A stretch of 64,000 bases of DNA, taken from the NCBI GenBank assembly GCA_965261825.1, contig CBDHED010000004.1, positions 73,458 to 137,457 on the forward strand. The letters are read 5' to 3'. The notes beneath the pieces were generated by a model. It was not told where the DNA came from. It ran no database searches and saw only the letters and a list, made by a program, of their open reading frames with translations. The translations under genes and the position numbers were made by a program. Source of the stretch: Dehalococcoidia bacterium (lineage in GTDB: Bacteria > Chloroflexota > Dehalococcoidia > Lucifugimonadales > QGNO01). The first letter of the stretch is position 1. Every line of letters begins with the position of its first letter. Shown here in pieces: positions 40,245 through 50,845 of the stretch.

Positions 40245-40827
40245 AGCGGATAAAACACGCCCCGTATGGATGCGATTGTCCTCTATCGCGGGGCCTTGGA
40301 TGAGCGTCATGATGTTGGCGCTCAGCGTCGCCATAGTCATAGTGGCGTTTCTCCTCAGCGACCGCATACCCGGCGTTGAATCTCTGGGGTATCCCGCCGT
40401 ATTCCTCGTCTCTCTCTTCGGCAACGCTACGTTGCTCGTTCCCCTGCCGGCCTTTGCGGTGGTCTGTACGGGGGGAACCATTCTCCATCCGCTTCTGGTA
40501 GGAATACTTGGCGGAACCGGCCAAGCGTTGGGAGAAATGACGGGCTACATTGCCGGTTACGGGGGGCAGGGCTTTTTCCAAAAGGGCCGGTACTATCAAC
40601 GAATCAATAGCTGGGTGGAAAGACGGGGCTGGGTAGCCATAGTCCTCCTGGGGTTGATACCAAACCCCCTCTTTGACTTCGCGGGACTGGCGGCCGGCGC
40701 TCTGCGCATGCCTGCCTGGAAATTCCTCACTGCCGCCGCGGTGGGAAAGACGATACGAGCGGTCATCATAGCGTACGGTTGTGCTTATGGAATAGACCTC
40801 TTGGGAATCCCTGACCCGGCTTCTTGA
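40234..40827 (+). CDS. VTT/DedA family membrane protein
   Basis: GEMTGY..G, IPNPLFD.AG motifs. Confidence 0.8.
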   Translation: MTPEADKTRPVWMRLSSIAGPWMSVMMLALSVAIVIVAFLLSDRIPGVESLGYPAVFLVSLFGNATLLVPLPAFAVVCTGGTILHPLLVGILGGTGQALGEMTGYIAGYGGQGFFQKGRYYQRINSWVERRGWVAIVLLGLIPNPLFDFAGLAAGALRMPAWKFLTAAAVGKTIRAVIIAYGCAYGIDLLGIPDPAS

Positions 40828-40838
40828 CAACTCCGTTT

Positions 40839-40868
40839 TTGACAGGGCAACCGTGCCTTTGCTACACT
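40839..40868 (+). promoter_or_regulatory. Sigma70-type promoter for PIN/TRAM-ispD-ispF-cysS
   Basis: TTGACA-N18-TACACT with extended -10 TG; same -10 as the cys promoter. Confidence 0.6.
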
Positions 40869-41014
40869 TTGGCCGTAATTTTTATTTGATTTTGTCCCGT
40901 ATGCCTGCGAGTGGATTTGGCGAAGGGCTTGCCGGAGAGATTTTCCCCATAGTTACCCGGCGAAATCATCAAATCTTGTCGCTGGGAGAGAAGGGGTGGT
41001 AGAGGAGGAATCAT

Positions 41015-42061
41015 TTGTCCATTTCCAATCTCTTCCCTCGCCTCATTGGAACTGTCCTACTGGGATTGGGGGGATGGCCGCTTGGCGTTGCTGTCGGTAA
41101 CACCGTTGACTTTACCAGCGATGTTCCCTTGGGGCTCGTCGGCACGCTGATTGGAGTCGTCGTTGGCGCTATAGCCACCCCTTACGTATCCAGGGTATTC
41201 ATACAAAGCACGGTCAGCGCATCCCGGAACATCTCCACGGCAAGGTTAGCCGCAGCGTCGCTGGGACTTGTCGCCGGTCTGGTTATCGCCATATTGATCT
41301 CCTTGCCCTTCTCAAGAATACCCGGCTGGCCCGGCGTGTGGCTGCCCATCGTCCTCAACCTGTTATTCGCCACGGCAGGTGCGGCCATTGCGGTGAGCAG
41401 GGAACGCGACCTCCTCCTGTTCTTCCCCCAAGCCAGCAACTCTCAGGTTCACTCCGAGGTCTCCAACGGCAAGATAGTATTGGATACCAGCGCCATCATA
41501 GATGGACGCATCGCGGACATCTCCGAGAGCGGCTTCATCAACGGAGCACTAGTGATACCCCGGTTTGTCCTGGATGAACTGCGACACGTTGCCGACTCCA
41601 GCGACTCCCTGCGTAGAAACAGAGGACGGCGAGGCTTGGAAATGCTCAACAAGCTACGCAAGGAATCCACCACGCCGGTGCAAGTGCTGGACGTCGATCA
41701 CTGGAACGGTATGGAGGTCGATGCAAAGCTGGTCATGCTTGCAGAAAGTTTGAACGCCCCCATTGTAACCACCGACTTCAACCTGAACCGCGTCGCCGAA
41801 ATTCAGGGAGTGCACGTTCTGAACATCAACGAGCTGGCCAACGCCCTTAAATCAGTGGTGCTACCGGGAGAGGAAATGGCCGTACACGTGATCCAGCAGG
41901 GCAAAGAGGCCGGGCAAGGAGTAGGCTTCTTGGATGACGGCACAATGGTAGTGGTGGAAGGTGGTAGAGGCTTTTTGGACAGCACCGTAGAGGTTGCCGT
42001 GACGCGAGTGCTGCAGACGGCGGCAGGTCGCCTCATCTTTGCCCAACCCAGAGCTCACTAG
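41015..42061 (+). CDS. PIN/TRAM domain membrane protein (YacL-like)
   Basis: LDTSAIIDGRI, RGRRGL, GVGFLDDGTMVVVE. Confidence 0.92.
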   Translation: MSISNLFPRLIGTVLLGLGGWPLGVAVGNTVDFTSDVPLGLVGTLIGVVVGAIATPYVSRVFIQSTVSASRNISTARLAAASLGLVAGLVIAILISLPFSRIPGWPGVWLPIVLNLLFATAGAAIAVSRERDLLLFFPQASNSQVHSEVSNGKIVLDTSAIIDGRIADISESGFINGALVIPRFVLDELRHVADSSDSLRRNRGRRGLEMLNKLRKESTTPVQVLDVDHWNGMEVDAKLVMLAESLNAPIVTTDFNLNRVAEIQGVHVLNINELANALKSVVLPGEEMAVHVIQQGKEAGQGVGFLDDGTMVVVEGGRGFLDSTVEVAVTRVLQTAAGRLIFAQPRAH

Positions 42062-42063
42062 GC

Positions 42064-42792
42064 ATGCCCAGGGACGAAAACAGCCCTGACCCCAACAACG
42101 CCTTGCTTCGCCGGGCGGGAGCCGTGATTGTAGCTGCCGGACAAAGCAAGCGAATGGACGGCATAGACAAGACCCTCATGGATATTCTAGGTCTGCCTTT
42201 GCTCACCTATTCCCTGTCTGCATTCGAAGCGGCCCCATCTATCGAAAGCGTTGTGCTGGTGCTCCACCCTTCCTCTATCGAATCGGGGAAGGCCCTTGTT
42301 GAAGCGCGCGGCTTCCACAAGGTACGCAGCATTCAAGCCGGAGGCGAACGGCGCCAGGATTCGGTGCGCAACGGCGTCGAATGCCTGGACGACCATGAAT
42401 GGGTGGTGGTGCATGACGGTGCACGTCCCTGCATTGGACCGGACCTCATAGAGCAAGGCATAGATGAAGCAATCCGATGGGGATCCGCCGTAGCCGCCGT
42501 GCCGGTAACGGACACCATCAAAGTACGGCGCTGCGACGGACAGGTGGAGACCACCCTTGACCGCAGCAGGTTATGGGCCGCTCAGACGCCCCAGATCTTT
42601 CCCCTACAGAGACTGCGTGACGCCTTCAATCAAGTCGCCGCTACCGTAACCGACGAAGCGGCTCTCATGGAGCAGGCCGGTTATCCCGTACATCTCTATT
42701 TTGGTTCCTATTCCAACGTAAAGGTCACCACCAGGGAGGACGCGGCAATAGTCCAGGCCCTTTTGAAACAACGGCAGGACGTGCAAGCTTGA
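42064..42792 (+). CDS. ispD: 2-C-methyl-D-erythritol 4-phosphate cytidylyltransferase
   Basis: AAGQSKRM, RQDSV, HDGARP, AQTPQ, KVTT. Confidence 0.94.
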   Translation: MPRDENSPDPNNALLRRAGAVIVAAGQSKRMDGIDKTLMDILGLPLLTYSLSAFEAAPSIESVVLVLHPSSIESGKALVEARGFHKVRSIQAGGERRQDSVRNGVECLDDHEWVVVHDGARPCIGPDLIEQGIDEAIRWGSAVAAVPVTDTIKVRRCDGQVETTLDRSRLWAAQTPQIFPLQRLRDAFNQVAATVTDEAALMEQAGYPVHLYFGSYSNVKVTTREDAAIVQALLKQRQDVQA

Positions 42793-43265
42793 GGACCGGC
42801 GTAGGCTATGATGCTCACCGCCTTGTTCCCCAGCGCCCGCTTATCCTAGGGGGAGTCTCCATTCCCAGCAGCAATGGGTTGGCCGGGCACAGCGATGGAG
42901 ACGTATTGCTCCATGCCATCATAGACGCTCTGCTTGGCGCAGCCGCCCTGGGGGACATTGGTAAATATTTCCCGTCTGAAGACCCGCGCTACGCAGGCAT
43001 AAGCAGCCTGGATATGCTGTCCAAGACAAATGCCATTCTCAAAGAGGATGGTTGGCGTGTTTTGAACGTGGATGCTACAATCGTGGCTCAAAGTCCCAAG
43101 CTGGCGCCTTACTTCCAGTCTATGAGGCAATCCATTGCGGCCTCTCTGGAAGTAGAGACGGCTAGAGTAAGTGTGAAGGCCACTACCACGGATGGCCTGG
43201 GTTTTACGGGAAGCAGCCAGGGCATTGCCTGTTACAGCGTGGCCTCCATTGAGCCGGAATCATGA
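42789..43265 (+). CDS. ispF: MECDP synthase
   Basis: GYDAH, HSDGDV, GDIG, KATT. Confidence 0.95.
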   Translation: MRTGVGYDAHRLVPQRPLILGGVSIPSSNGLAGHSDGDVLLHAIIDALLGAAALGDIGKYFPSEDPRYAGISSLDMLSKTNAILKEDGWRVLNVDATIVAQSPKLAPYFQSMRQSIAASLEVETARVSVKATTTDGLGFTGSSQGIACYSVASIEPES

Positions 43266-44620
43266 ACCTTTACGATTCCCTTACCGAACAGAAAAGAGAA
43301 CCGACGCCCTTTGACGGGACGCTGAAGATGTACGTCTGCGGCGTCACGCCGTACGCATCCACCCACGTTGGGCATGCCATGAGAGCCGTCGTATTCGATG
43401 TATTGCGTCGCTACCTGGAGTACAGAGGGCGCCAGGTCAAGCACGTAGAAAACTTCACCGACATAGATGACAAGATGATAGCGGGAGCGGCCGAGATGGG
43501 CATATCCGTTCAGGAGCTGGCGGAGCGCAACATTGCAGACTACCTTGAAGAGATGGACGCCCTCAACGTTCAGCGTGCACACGTCTACCCCAGGGCCACG
43601 GAGGAGATACCCGGAATCCAAGAAATGATCAGCGGCCTCATAGAGAAAGGCATGGCATACCAGGCAAACGGCGACGTCTACTACCGGGTCAGGCTGAACA
43701 AGGAGTACGGAAAACTCAGCCGTCGCACCCTGGACACCATGAGAGCCGGGGCCAGAATTGAACCAGGCGAGCTCAAGCAAGACCCCATGGACTTTGCGCT
43801 ATGGAAAGCTGAGAAGCCCGGCGAGCCGTCCTGGGAGAGCCCTTGGGGCAAAGGCAGACCAGGCTGGCACATAGAGTGCAGCGCCATGTCGCTGGCCTAT
43901 CTTGGAGAGACCATAGATATACACGGCGGAGGCCAAGACCTGGTCTTTCCCCACCACGAAAACGAGATAGCCCAAACCGAGTCCTATAACAACGGTAAGC
44001 CAATGGCGCGGTTCTGGGTCCACAACGGCTTGCTCAGGATGGGCCAGGACAAGATGAGCAAATCTCTGGGGAACTTCATCACCTTGAAAGAAGCCTTGGA
44101 ACGTTTTTCCACGGATGCCTTACGCCTCTTCTTCCTCTCTTCTCACTATCGAAGCCCCCTCACCTACAGCGACGAAAACGTCCTGGCGCAAGAACGCGCC
44201 GCGGAGCGTATGCGCGCCGCCCTCCTACCGTCGCCCGCGGATGGGCAGCCGCTGGACGCAACCTTGCATAAACAGCGCTTTGAAGAGGCCATGGACGACG
44301 ACCTCAACACTCCCAGGGCCATAGCGGCTCTATTTGACCTATGCAGGGACATTAACCGGGGGCGCGGCGAGGGCAAGAGCCTAGCTGAAGCGCAACAGAT
44401 TCTGCGCAACCTTGGTGAAGTCCTTGGCCTCACGTTTGCCGCCCCCGAAGCCAGGGACGACGTAGCGGCGCATCCCTTTATAGATATGCTGGTGGAGGTA
44501 CGCACCCAGTTGAGGGAGGCCAAGCAGTTCGGCCTGGCCGATTCCATACGGGATAGACTGGCCGGACTGGGAATTTCCCTGGAAGACTCGGCGGAAGGCA
44601 CCCAATGGCGGGTGCGTTAG
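43262..44620 (+). CDS. cysS: Cysteine--tRNA ligase
   Basis: CGVT, HVGH, GRPGWHIECS, HHENE, KMSKS. Confidence 0.97.
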   Translation: MNLYDSLTEQKREPTPFDGTLKMYVCGVTPYASTHVGHAMRAVVFDVLRRYLEYRGRQVKHVENFTDIDDKMIAGAAEMGISVQELAERNIADYLEEMDALNVQRAHVYPRATEEIPGIQEMISGLIEKGMAYQANGDVYYRVRLNKEYGKLSRRTLDTMRAGARIEPGELKQDPMDFALWKAEKPGEPSWESPWGKGRPGWHIECSAMSLAYLGETIDIHGGGQDLVFPHHENEIAQTESYNNGKPMARFWVHNGLLRMGQDKMSKSLGNFITLKEALERFSTDALRLFFLSSHYRSPLTYSDENVLAQERAAERMRAALLPSPADGQPLDATLHKQRFEEAMDDDLNTPRAIAALFDLCRDINRGRGEGKSLAEAQQILRNLGEVLGLTFAAPEARDDVAAHPFIDMLVEVRTQLREAKQFGLADSIRDRLAGLGISLEDSAEGTQWRVR

Positions 44621-44702
44621 CTGGACTCCTGACAAGCTGCGCTTTCAGCAAGGAGTACCAGTTTAGCCATCGCGATCTATCCCTGGCTGATAACATAAGA
44701 AC

Positions 44703-46097
44703 ATGCCTCACGATGCAGTGAACTGTTTACGTCGCTCTCTTGGCAGCCAGTCGGTCCTCACCGATCAACAGACCGTTGACCTCCACTCCGCCGATGCATT
44801 GAACCCCTCGCGGGCTTACCATACGGATCCTTCTGCATGGAGTGCGCCGCTGGCAGTGGTCTTCCCCCAATTCACGGATGAAGTGTCTGAAATCGTGCGG
44901 GTAGCAGGCCGTCACAAAACGCCTATAGTCCCCTACGGGGGCGGCACCGGAGTGATGGGCGCAGCCGTACCTCCGGAAGGGGCCATTGTCGTAGACATGC
45001 AGCGTATGAATAAGGTGCGCACCGTCTCCGAAGAGGACAGGATGGCCTGGGCCGAAGCCGGCGTAGTCTTGGAGAACCTGGATGCCACGCTCGCAAATCA
45101 TGGCCTCATGCTTGGACACGACCCCTACAGCAAGCCCATAGCTACCGTTGGAGGAGCCATCTCCACCAACGGTGTCGGTTATCTTGCCGCACGTTACGGG
45201 TCCATGGGTGCACAGGTAGCTGCTTTGGAAGTGGTCCTGCCCACAGGCGACGTGATGACTACCAAGGCCGTGCCCAAACCGGCGTCCGGGCCGGACCTGA
45301 ACGCACTCTTCATCGGCTCGGAAGGGGCTCTGGGCATAATCACGGCCGCTGCTCTGCACGTCTTCCCACTACCTGAGCACCGTCGCTTCGCCACAGTCTC
45401 ATTCAATACCTTCGAAGATGGGTTTCACGCCGTGGCAGAGATGTTCTCCATTGGCCTGCGCCCGGCTCTGACCGATCTCACTGAGGAGCCAGGAGACAGC
45501 GTCCTTTTGTACCTGGTCTTTGAAGGGTACACAGAGGAGGTAGATGCCCAGGAGACGCGTGCGCTGCGCATCTGCAAGGAGCGCGGGGGCAGCGACATAG
45601 GGCCGGATGAGACAATGGAGTACTGGAAATCACGACACAACAGCGGGGAGGCTTACAAGCAAGAGATACTTCCCCTATCACCCAGGGAACGGTGGTCAAG
45701 ATGGTGGGCCGACAGGGGACACTGGGACTATTTACATCTGGCCCTGCCCGTTTCCTCCGTTCTTGAGTTCCGCCGGAGAGTGGAAGCCATCAGCAGCCGA
45801 AACAACGTAGCAGTTAGAGAGTACTCCGTTTGGACGAACCCCGGGCTGTTCTCATTCATCATGACCGGGGCGCGCTTGGAAAGCAACTCGCGGCAGGACA
45901 GTTTCGTGGAAACGGTGGACGCGGTGCTCCGCTTGGCGCAACAAATGGGCGGCACCATGGAGTACTGCCACGGCGTCGGACTGAAGCTTTCCCACCTTGT
46001 GCAAGAGGAATGGGGGAACAGGCTGGACACCGCCAGGCGCATCAAGCGCGCCCTTGACCCTCACAACCTGATGAATCCTGGTAAACTGGGGCTCTGA
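44703..46097 (+). CDS. FAD-binding oxidoreductase (GlcD/D-lactate dehydrogenase-like)
   Basis: PYGGGTG, GSEGALG, HGVG, NPGK. Confidence 0.9.
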   Translation: MPHDAVNCLRRSLGSQSVLTDQQTVDLHSADALNPSRAYHTDPSAWSAPLAVVFPQFTDEVSEIVRVAGRHKTPIVPYGGGTGVMGAAVPPEGAIVVDMQRMNKVRTVSEEDRMAWAEAGVVLENLDATLANHGLMLGHDPYSKPIATVGGAISTNGVGYLAARYGSMGAQVAALEVVLPTGDVMTTKAVPKPASGPDLNALFIGSEGALGIITAAALHVFPLPEHRRFATVSFNTFEDGFHAVAEMFSIGLRPALTDLTEEPGDSVLLYLVFEGYTEEVDAQETRALRICKERGGSDIGPDETMEYWKSRHNSGEAYKQEILPLSPRERWSRWWADRGHWDYLHLALPVSSVLEFRRRVEAISSRNNVAVREYSVWTNPGLFSFIMTGARLESNSRQDSFVETVDAVLRLAQQMGGTMEYCHGVGLKLSHLVQEEWGNRLDTARRIKRALDPHNLMNPGKLGL

Positions 46098-46106
46098 ACC
46101 CCGGTT

Positions 46107-46622
46107 TTGATAAAGGCGGCAAGCACGATGCATCAAACGTTGGAGCATGGAACAGTAGTAGCCGTATGCCTTAGGCCAGAAAGCGGCGTGCCCAAGTATC
46201 CGCAGCCTGAGATAGAGGTTGGAACCCACGGCGTGGAGGGCGACTTCCACTCCGGCCAAATCAACAAGCACAAGAAGACCGGCAGTCCTGAGCCGAATAC
46301 GCGCCACGTAACAATAGTGGCCCAGGAAGCGCTGGAAGCGGTAAACGCCCATCTGCAGGTGGAACTGGGCCCCGGTTCCATTGGGGAGAACATACAGGTC
46401 AGCGGCCTCGGCGATCTGTCCAACCTAAAGGCCGGCGATCTTCTAGAGTTGGGGGCGAACGCCGTGGTACGGGTTACCAGCCAGAACGCTCCCTGTGCCA
46501 CGCTCAACGTGTATCACGAAGAGATCATCAAGTCCTTTCTGGGGCGAAGGGGCGTAACCGCTACAGTGGTAAATACCGGCGCCCTGAGACCGGGAGACGC
46601 CGTCAGGGTAGTTAAGGGCTGA
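46107..46622 (+). CDS. MOSC domain protein
   Basis: GVEGD, GENI, NAPC, GDAV; start may be 46128. Confidence 0.82.
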   Translation: MIKAASTMHQTLEHGTVVAVCLRPESGVPKYPQPEIEVGTHGVEGDFHSGQINKHKKTGSPEPNTRHVTIVAQEALEAVNAHLQVELGPGSIGENIQVSGLGDLSNLKAGDLLELGANAVVRVTSQNAPCATLNVYHEEIIKSFLGRRGVTATVVNTGALRPGDAVRVVKG

Positions 46623-47451
46623 GCACTCTCACCACTACCCGGTCCTGAACCCGGACTCCCAGCTCAAGGGCTGCGTTTCCATTGGGCAGCGCTACCTCCA
46701 AGTAGCCCTGCCCGCCGATGAGAGCCGTCAACTCGTTGGCATCACCATAGGTGTTCGAGAAGCGACGTATCTTCCTCTTCCCAACCTCTATTTCAATTCC
46801 ACCCGACATCTCAGCAATGTCCTGCATCACAATGTTGGTCACTACGTTGCCGAACCTATCCAAGTGCAGCACGTAGCCGGTTAGGAAGCCGTCCTCCCAC
46901 AGCGGCCGCGGCACTGCCAGCCTGACCATTTCCTCCACGCGCTCTCCCATATCGCCGGGTGCAACGCCCAGCAGCAAATTGGCCGCCGCCGGGGCAAAGA
47001 TGTCTCGGCCGTGGAAGGTGTTGCTCACCGGATGGCGCCAGTACGCGGAATTAGTCAAAGCAAACGCTTCGACTCCCTGTGGAATGGCTGCCTGGTAGGG
47101 CTGGTAGGGCTGGTAGGGGGTGGCCCCGGCGTTGTCGCCGGGCAGAACCAGGCTGAGGATGCCGTTGTCGGGCGCTAGGAAGAAGTGGTCCCGCACCCGT
47201 ATCAGCAGAGGCTTGCGCTCAGTTCCAACTCCGGGGTCGACTACCGCTATGTGTACAGTGCCGGGCGGAAAGAAGTGCCAGGCAGTACTCAACAGGAACG
47301 CCCCTTGGAGCAAATCCTGCGGCGGCACTTCGTGGGTTATGTCTACCACCCTGGCCCCGGGGCAGATGCTGGAGATCACCCCTTTCATAGCCCCGACATA
47401 AGAATCGGACAGGCCAAAGTCGCTGAGCAGAGTGATTACCGGGCCCGGCAT
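46612..47451 (-). CDS. SAM hydroxide adenosyltransferase / chlorinase-fluorinase family (DUF62)
   Basis: TLLSDFG, VVDPGVG, STFHGRD-like NTFHGRDIF, DRFGN. Confidence 0.92.
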   Translation of the reverse strand: MPGPVITLLSDFGLSDSYVGAMKGVISSICPGARVVDITHEVPPQDLLQGAFLLSTAWHFFPPGTVHIAVVDPGVGTERKPLLIRVRDHFFLAPDNGILSLVLPGDNAGATPYQPYQPYQAAIPQGVEAFALTNSAYWRHPVSNTFHGRDIFAPAAANLLLGVAPGDMGERVEEMVRLAVPRPLWEDGFLTGYVLHLDRFGNVVTNIVMQDIAEMSGGIEIEVGKRKIRRFSNTYGDANELTALIGGQGYLEVALPNGNAALELGVRVQDRVVVRVLSP

Positions 47452-47457
47452 GGCTCC

Positions 47458-47685
47458 CTAGAACCGTTCCCAGGGCCTCCAGACGCCGATGAGCGACAGC
47501 ACTACGAAAAGAACCCCAAGCACAATAGTGAAACGGAACAGGGTCTGTTCTACGCCACGGCGGGTGCGAAACGTACCCTCAGCGGCGCCAAACAGACCGG
47601 TGCCGCCGCCTCTGACCTGTGCCAGCACCACTGCTATGAGGACAACGGAGAGTACTATTGCCGCAATACTTACATAAGTCTGCAT
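47458..47685 (-). CDS. secG: Preprotein translocase subunit SecG
   Basis: Two TM segments with Q.RGGG.GLFG loop and TRRGVE. Confidence 0.88.
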   Translation of the reverse strand: MQTYVSIAAIVLSVVLIAVVLAQVRGGGTGLFGAAEGTFRTRRGVEQTLFRFTIVLGVLFVVLSLIGVWRPWERF

Positions 47686-47746
47686 TGTTCTTGTTCCCTC
47701 TGACTACTCTACCAGGGACGCTTCAGGTGTCAAGCTGACCTGAACG

Positions 47747-49255
47747 TCACCCTTTCTTCAAACTCTCCAGCTTCTGCTGCAGGACCTGGTTGGCCAGCGC
47801 GGGATTTGCTTGGCCCCTGGTTGCCTTCATCACCTGGCCCACCAGGAACTTGACCGCCGTCTCCTTGCCGCTCATGTAGTCCTGGACTGCCTTGGGGTTC
47901 TCGTCAATGGCCCGGTCTGCCGCAGCCTGTATGGCGGAAGAATCGGAAATTTGCTCCAGACCTCTCTCCTTCACAATATCCGCCGGCGCTTTTTCGAGTG
48001 ACTCGAATAAAGCGTCGAGCACCTCTGAGGCCATGTTGGTGCTCAGCTTACCTTCTTCCAGCATAGCGGCGACTTCAAAGAGGTGCTTGGCATCCAGTCT
48101 ATCGCCGCTTACCTCATCGCCAATGCTGTTGAACAACCGCGTAACATCGCCCAGAACAAGGTTGCACAAGACGTCGGCACGCTTGCGCCTCGCCATTTCA
48201 CTCATATCGCCGGCGCAGCTCATCGCGGAATCAAAATAGCTGCTGGCAGCGCTTGTGCCCAGCGTAAGCTCACCTGCCTTGTACTCGCTCAGTCCCAGCT
48301 CGTCGACATAGCGGAGAAGTCTGGCATCCGGCAGCTCGGGCATCTTTGCCCGTACCTCGTCCACCCACTGACGGCTGATCTTCAAAGGCGTCAGGTCAGG
48401 CTCAGGGAAATAGCGGTAATCATGGGCATGCTCCTTAGAGCGCTGCGACGCGGTTGTCCCTCTGTCTTCCAGCCAGCCGCGCGTCTCCTGTTCAATCTGC
48501 CCTCCATCTTTCAAGACCACAGCCTGGCGTTCCCATTCATACTGCAGGGCGCGGAACACGGAGCGAAAGCTGTTCATGTTCTTCACCTCCACCTTTGCGC
48601 CAAGCTCGACGCTGCCCTGGGAGCGGATACTGATGTTGGCGTCGCAGCGGAAGCTGCCTTCCTCCATATTGGCCGTGGACACACCGAGATAACGCAGGAT
48701 GGTGCGCAGCTTCACCAGGTACTGCCGGGCCTCCTCCGGCGAGCGCAGATCCGGTTCGCCCACTATCTCCATGAGAGGCACGCCAGCGCGGTTTACATCC
48801 AGCAGGCTGTAGGCCTCTCCCGTTTCACCGGTGCGGTGGAAAAGCTTGGCCACGTCTTCTTCCAGGTGGACGCGGTTGATGCGCACCTTCTTCTCGGAAC
48901 CGTCTACCGGGACAGACATCCATCCGTCGCTGGCTATGGGCCGGTCATACTGAGAGATCTGGTATCCCTTCATCAGGTCGGGATATGGATAGTTCTTCCT
49001 ATCGAACTTGGTCTCCGCCGCGATGCCGCAGTCAAGCGCCAGGCCGGTCATCATGACAAACTCCACGGCGCGTTTGTTGATCACGGGGAGAACACCTGGC
49101 ATGCCCAGGCAAACCGGACACACCTCTGAGTTAGGCTCAGCACCTTGATAGCCGGCGCGGCAGGCGCAGAACATCTTGCTCTTGGTGAGGAGCTGAACGT
49201 GGACCTCTAGTCCAATTACGGCTTCGTATCCGGTCTCAATTGTGGCTGTGGTCAT
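47747..49255 (-). CDS. gatB: Asp/Glu-tRNA amidotransferase subunit B
   Basis: IGLEVH, FDRKNY.YPD, NRAGVPL.EIV, DYRYFPEPD. Confidence 0.97.
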   Translation of the reverse strand: MTTATIETGYEAVIGLEVHVQLLTKSKMFCACRAGYQGAEPNSEVCPVCLGMPGVLPVINKRAVEFVMMTGLALDCGIAAETKFDRKNYPYPDLMKGYQISQYDRPIASDGWMSVPVDGSEKKVRINRVHLEEDVAKLFHRTGETGEAYSLLDVNRAGVPLMEIVGEPDLRSPEEARQYLVKLRTILRYLGVSTANMEEGSFRCDANISIRSQGSVELGAKVEVKNMNSFRSVFRALQYEWERQAVVLKDGGQIEQETRGWLEDRGTTASQRSKEHAHDYRYFPEPDLTPLKISRQWVDEVRAKMPELPDARLLRYVDELGLSEYKAGELTLGTSAASSYFDSAMSCAGDMSEMARRKRADVLCNLVLGDVTRLFNSIGDEVSGDRLDAKHLFEVAAMLEEGKLSTNMASEVLDALFESLEKAPADIVKERGLEQISDSSAIQAAADRAIDENPKAVQDYMSGKETAVKFLVGQVMKATRGQANPALANQVLQQKLESLKKG

Positions 49256-49884
49256 GGTTGTGGAGGATTGGCCTCGTGGAGCATTGTATCATTTTGGTTT
49301 GAGTACACCGTGAACCCGTCGCCGTTGTCCTCAAAAAGCGCCCCACGGGGATACCGCATCGCCTTACTAAGGATGACAACGTCGCCCGCTGACCCGGAGA
49401 CTCCCAATAAGTAGGCCACAAACGCGGCGACGTGGACAAGGCCGCCCACGGGCGCAAGAACCATGGTTGGCAACAACAGCGCGGTCAAGAGTAACAGTGG
49501 CGCAAGCGCCGCTACCGCGAACCTCGCCTTGCCCAGGTAGCAGCCCGGGGCTCCCACCCAGAAGACCGGACCGAACTTTGTCCAGGGCTTGAATCCGAAG
49601 CGCGGACGCCCGCCGTACGCTAGGAAGGCGACGGCGTGGGCCAGTTCATGTAGCGTGCCCCCAACTACTGTCCCTATGACAAGCCCGGTAATGAGAACAT
49701 CCTGCTTTATGGTGAAGCTATCCGCGCCGGCAAATACCAACTGGGTTAGGACCATGAGCTGGAGAGAAGCATACGCCAGAATCACAAAGGCAATGAACAG
49801 AGCAACCCAATCTCTCCCGGACAAACTGCTGGGAGTCCACGTGTCTATCTCTACGTAGCCCAGCGGCAGATTCCGCGTACTCAC
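49252..49884 (-). CDS. Membrane zinc metallopeptidase-like protein (DUF3267-like)
   Basis: LHELAH, LAP, GSAGD motifs. Confidence 0.72.
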   Translation of the reverse strand: MSTRNLPLGYVEIDTWTPSSLSGRDWVALFIAFVILAYASLQLMVLTQLVFAGADSFTIKQDVLITGLVIGTVVGGTLHELAHAVAFLAYGGRPRFGFKPWTKFGPVFWVGAPGCYLGKARFAVAALAPLLLLTALLLPTMVLAPVGGLVHVAAFVAYLLGVSGSAGDVVILSKAMRYPRGALFEDNGDGFTVYSNQNDTMLHEANPPQP

Positions 49885-49929
49885 CCTTCGAACCTCCTGT
49901 TCCGGAAACCCTTCGTAAGAGGGCCTCCC

Positions 49930-50586
49930 CTAGCTTGTATCCCCGGCCTCATGTTCGGTCCAAGCCCCTGCCCCCACCAGCGGGACGAAACGACACGACC
50001 CGTGGTTCTTCACGGAATAGCCATCGTGCGATTTTGTAACGAGCAGAAGGTCCTGCTGGCTCCGCGAGCCCACCGGTATAACCATACGGCCACCTTCGCA
50101 TAACTGCTCGAGCAGGACCCAGGGCAACCGAGGCGCCGCCGCGGCAACTACTATGGCATGGAACGCGGATTCCTCGCTTCTCCCCAGGACATCGCCTGCC
50201 TGATGCACCGCGACGTTGTGATAGCCCAGAGACTGCAGACGCTCCCTTGCGCTATCTGCCAGGCCCTTAAACCGTTCCGTGGTAATCACCTCTCTGGCGA
50301 GCAAAGAGAGCACCGCCGCCTGATACCCCGATCCCGTGCCTACCTCCAAGACTTTGTCTCCGGGCTTGAGGTTAAGCATGGAAACCATCATGGCCACAAT
50401 CAGCGGTTGAGACACCGTCTGCCCCTCGCCTATGGGCAGCGGGATGTCTTCATAGGCAAGGTGTCTGCTGGCTGCGGGCACGAACGCCTCTCTGGGCACC
50501 CTTGCCATGGCGTCCACCACTCTGCGGTCTTTGACTTCCCTGAAAATCAGCTCCAGGAGCCGTCTCTTTTCCCTTTCCAGATCCAC
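49930..50586 (-). CDS. pcm: Protein-L-isoaspartate O-methyltransferase
   Basis: VPREAFV, GQTVSQP, LEVGTGSGYQAA, RFVPL. Confidence 0.95.
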   Translation of the reverse strand: MDLEREKRRLLELIFREVKDRRVVDAMARVPREAFVPAASRHLAYEDIPLPIGEGQTVSQPLIVAMMVSMLNLKPGDKVLEVGTGSGYQAAVLSLLAREVITTERFKGLADSARERLQSLGYHNVAVHQAGDVLGRSEESAFHAIVVAAAAPRLPWVLLEQLCEGGRMVIPVGSRSQQDLLLVTKSHDGYSVKNHGSCRFVPLVGAGAWTEHEAGDTS

Positions 50587-50845
50587 GAGTGAGTTTCCTC
50601 TCCATGCCGACTCTGCTTCGAGAAAGGTTGGATAATCTACTGACTCGCATCAGTGTAGCCATTTTATTACAGATTCGCAGAGAGGTTTGGGCGCTATCGC
50701 CTCCAGAATAGCTCTTCCTCTCCATACTATTCTTTCAACGAATTATCTGACACATACAAGAATGACAGATGGGGGCGCTTCTCAGGATGACGCGAGGAAT
50801 CCAAAGCATTCCATACAAGACACCGCGAGCTTGTGGACAGAGGCC

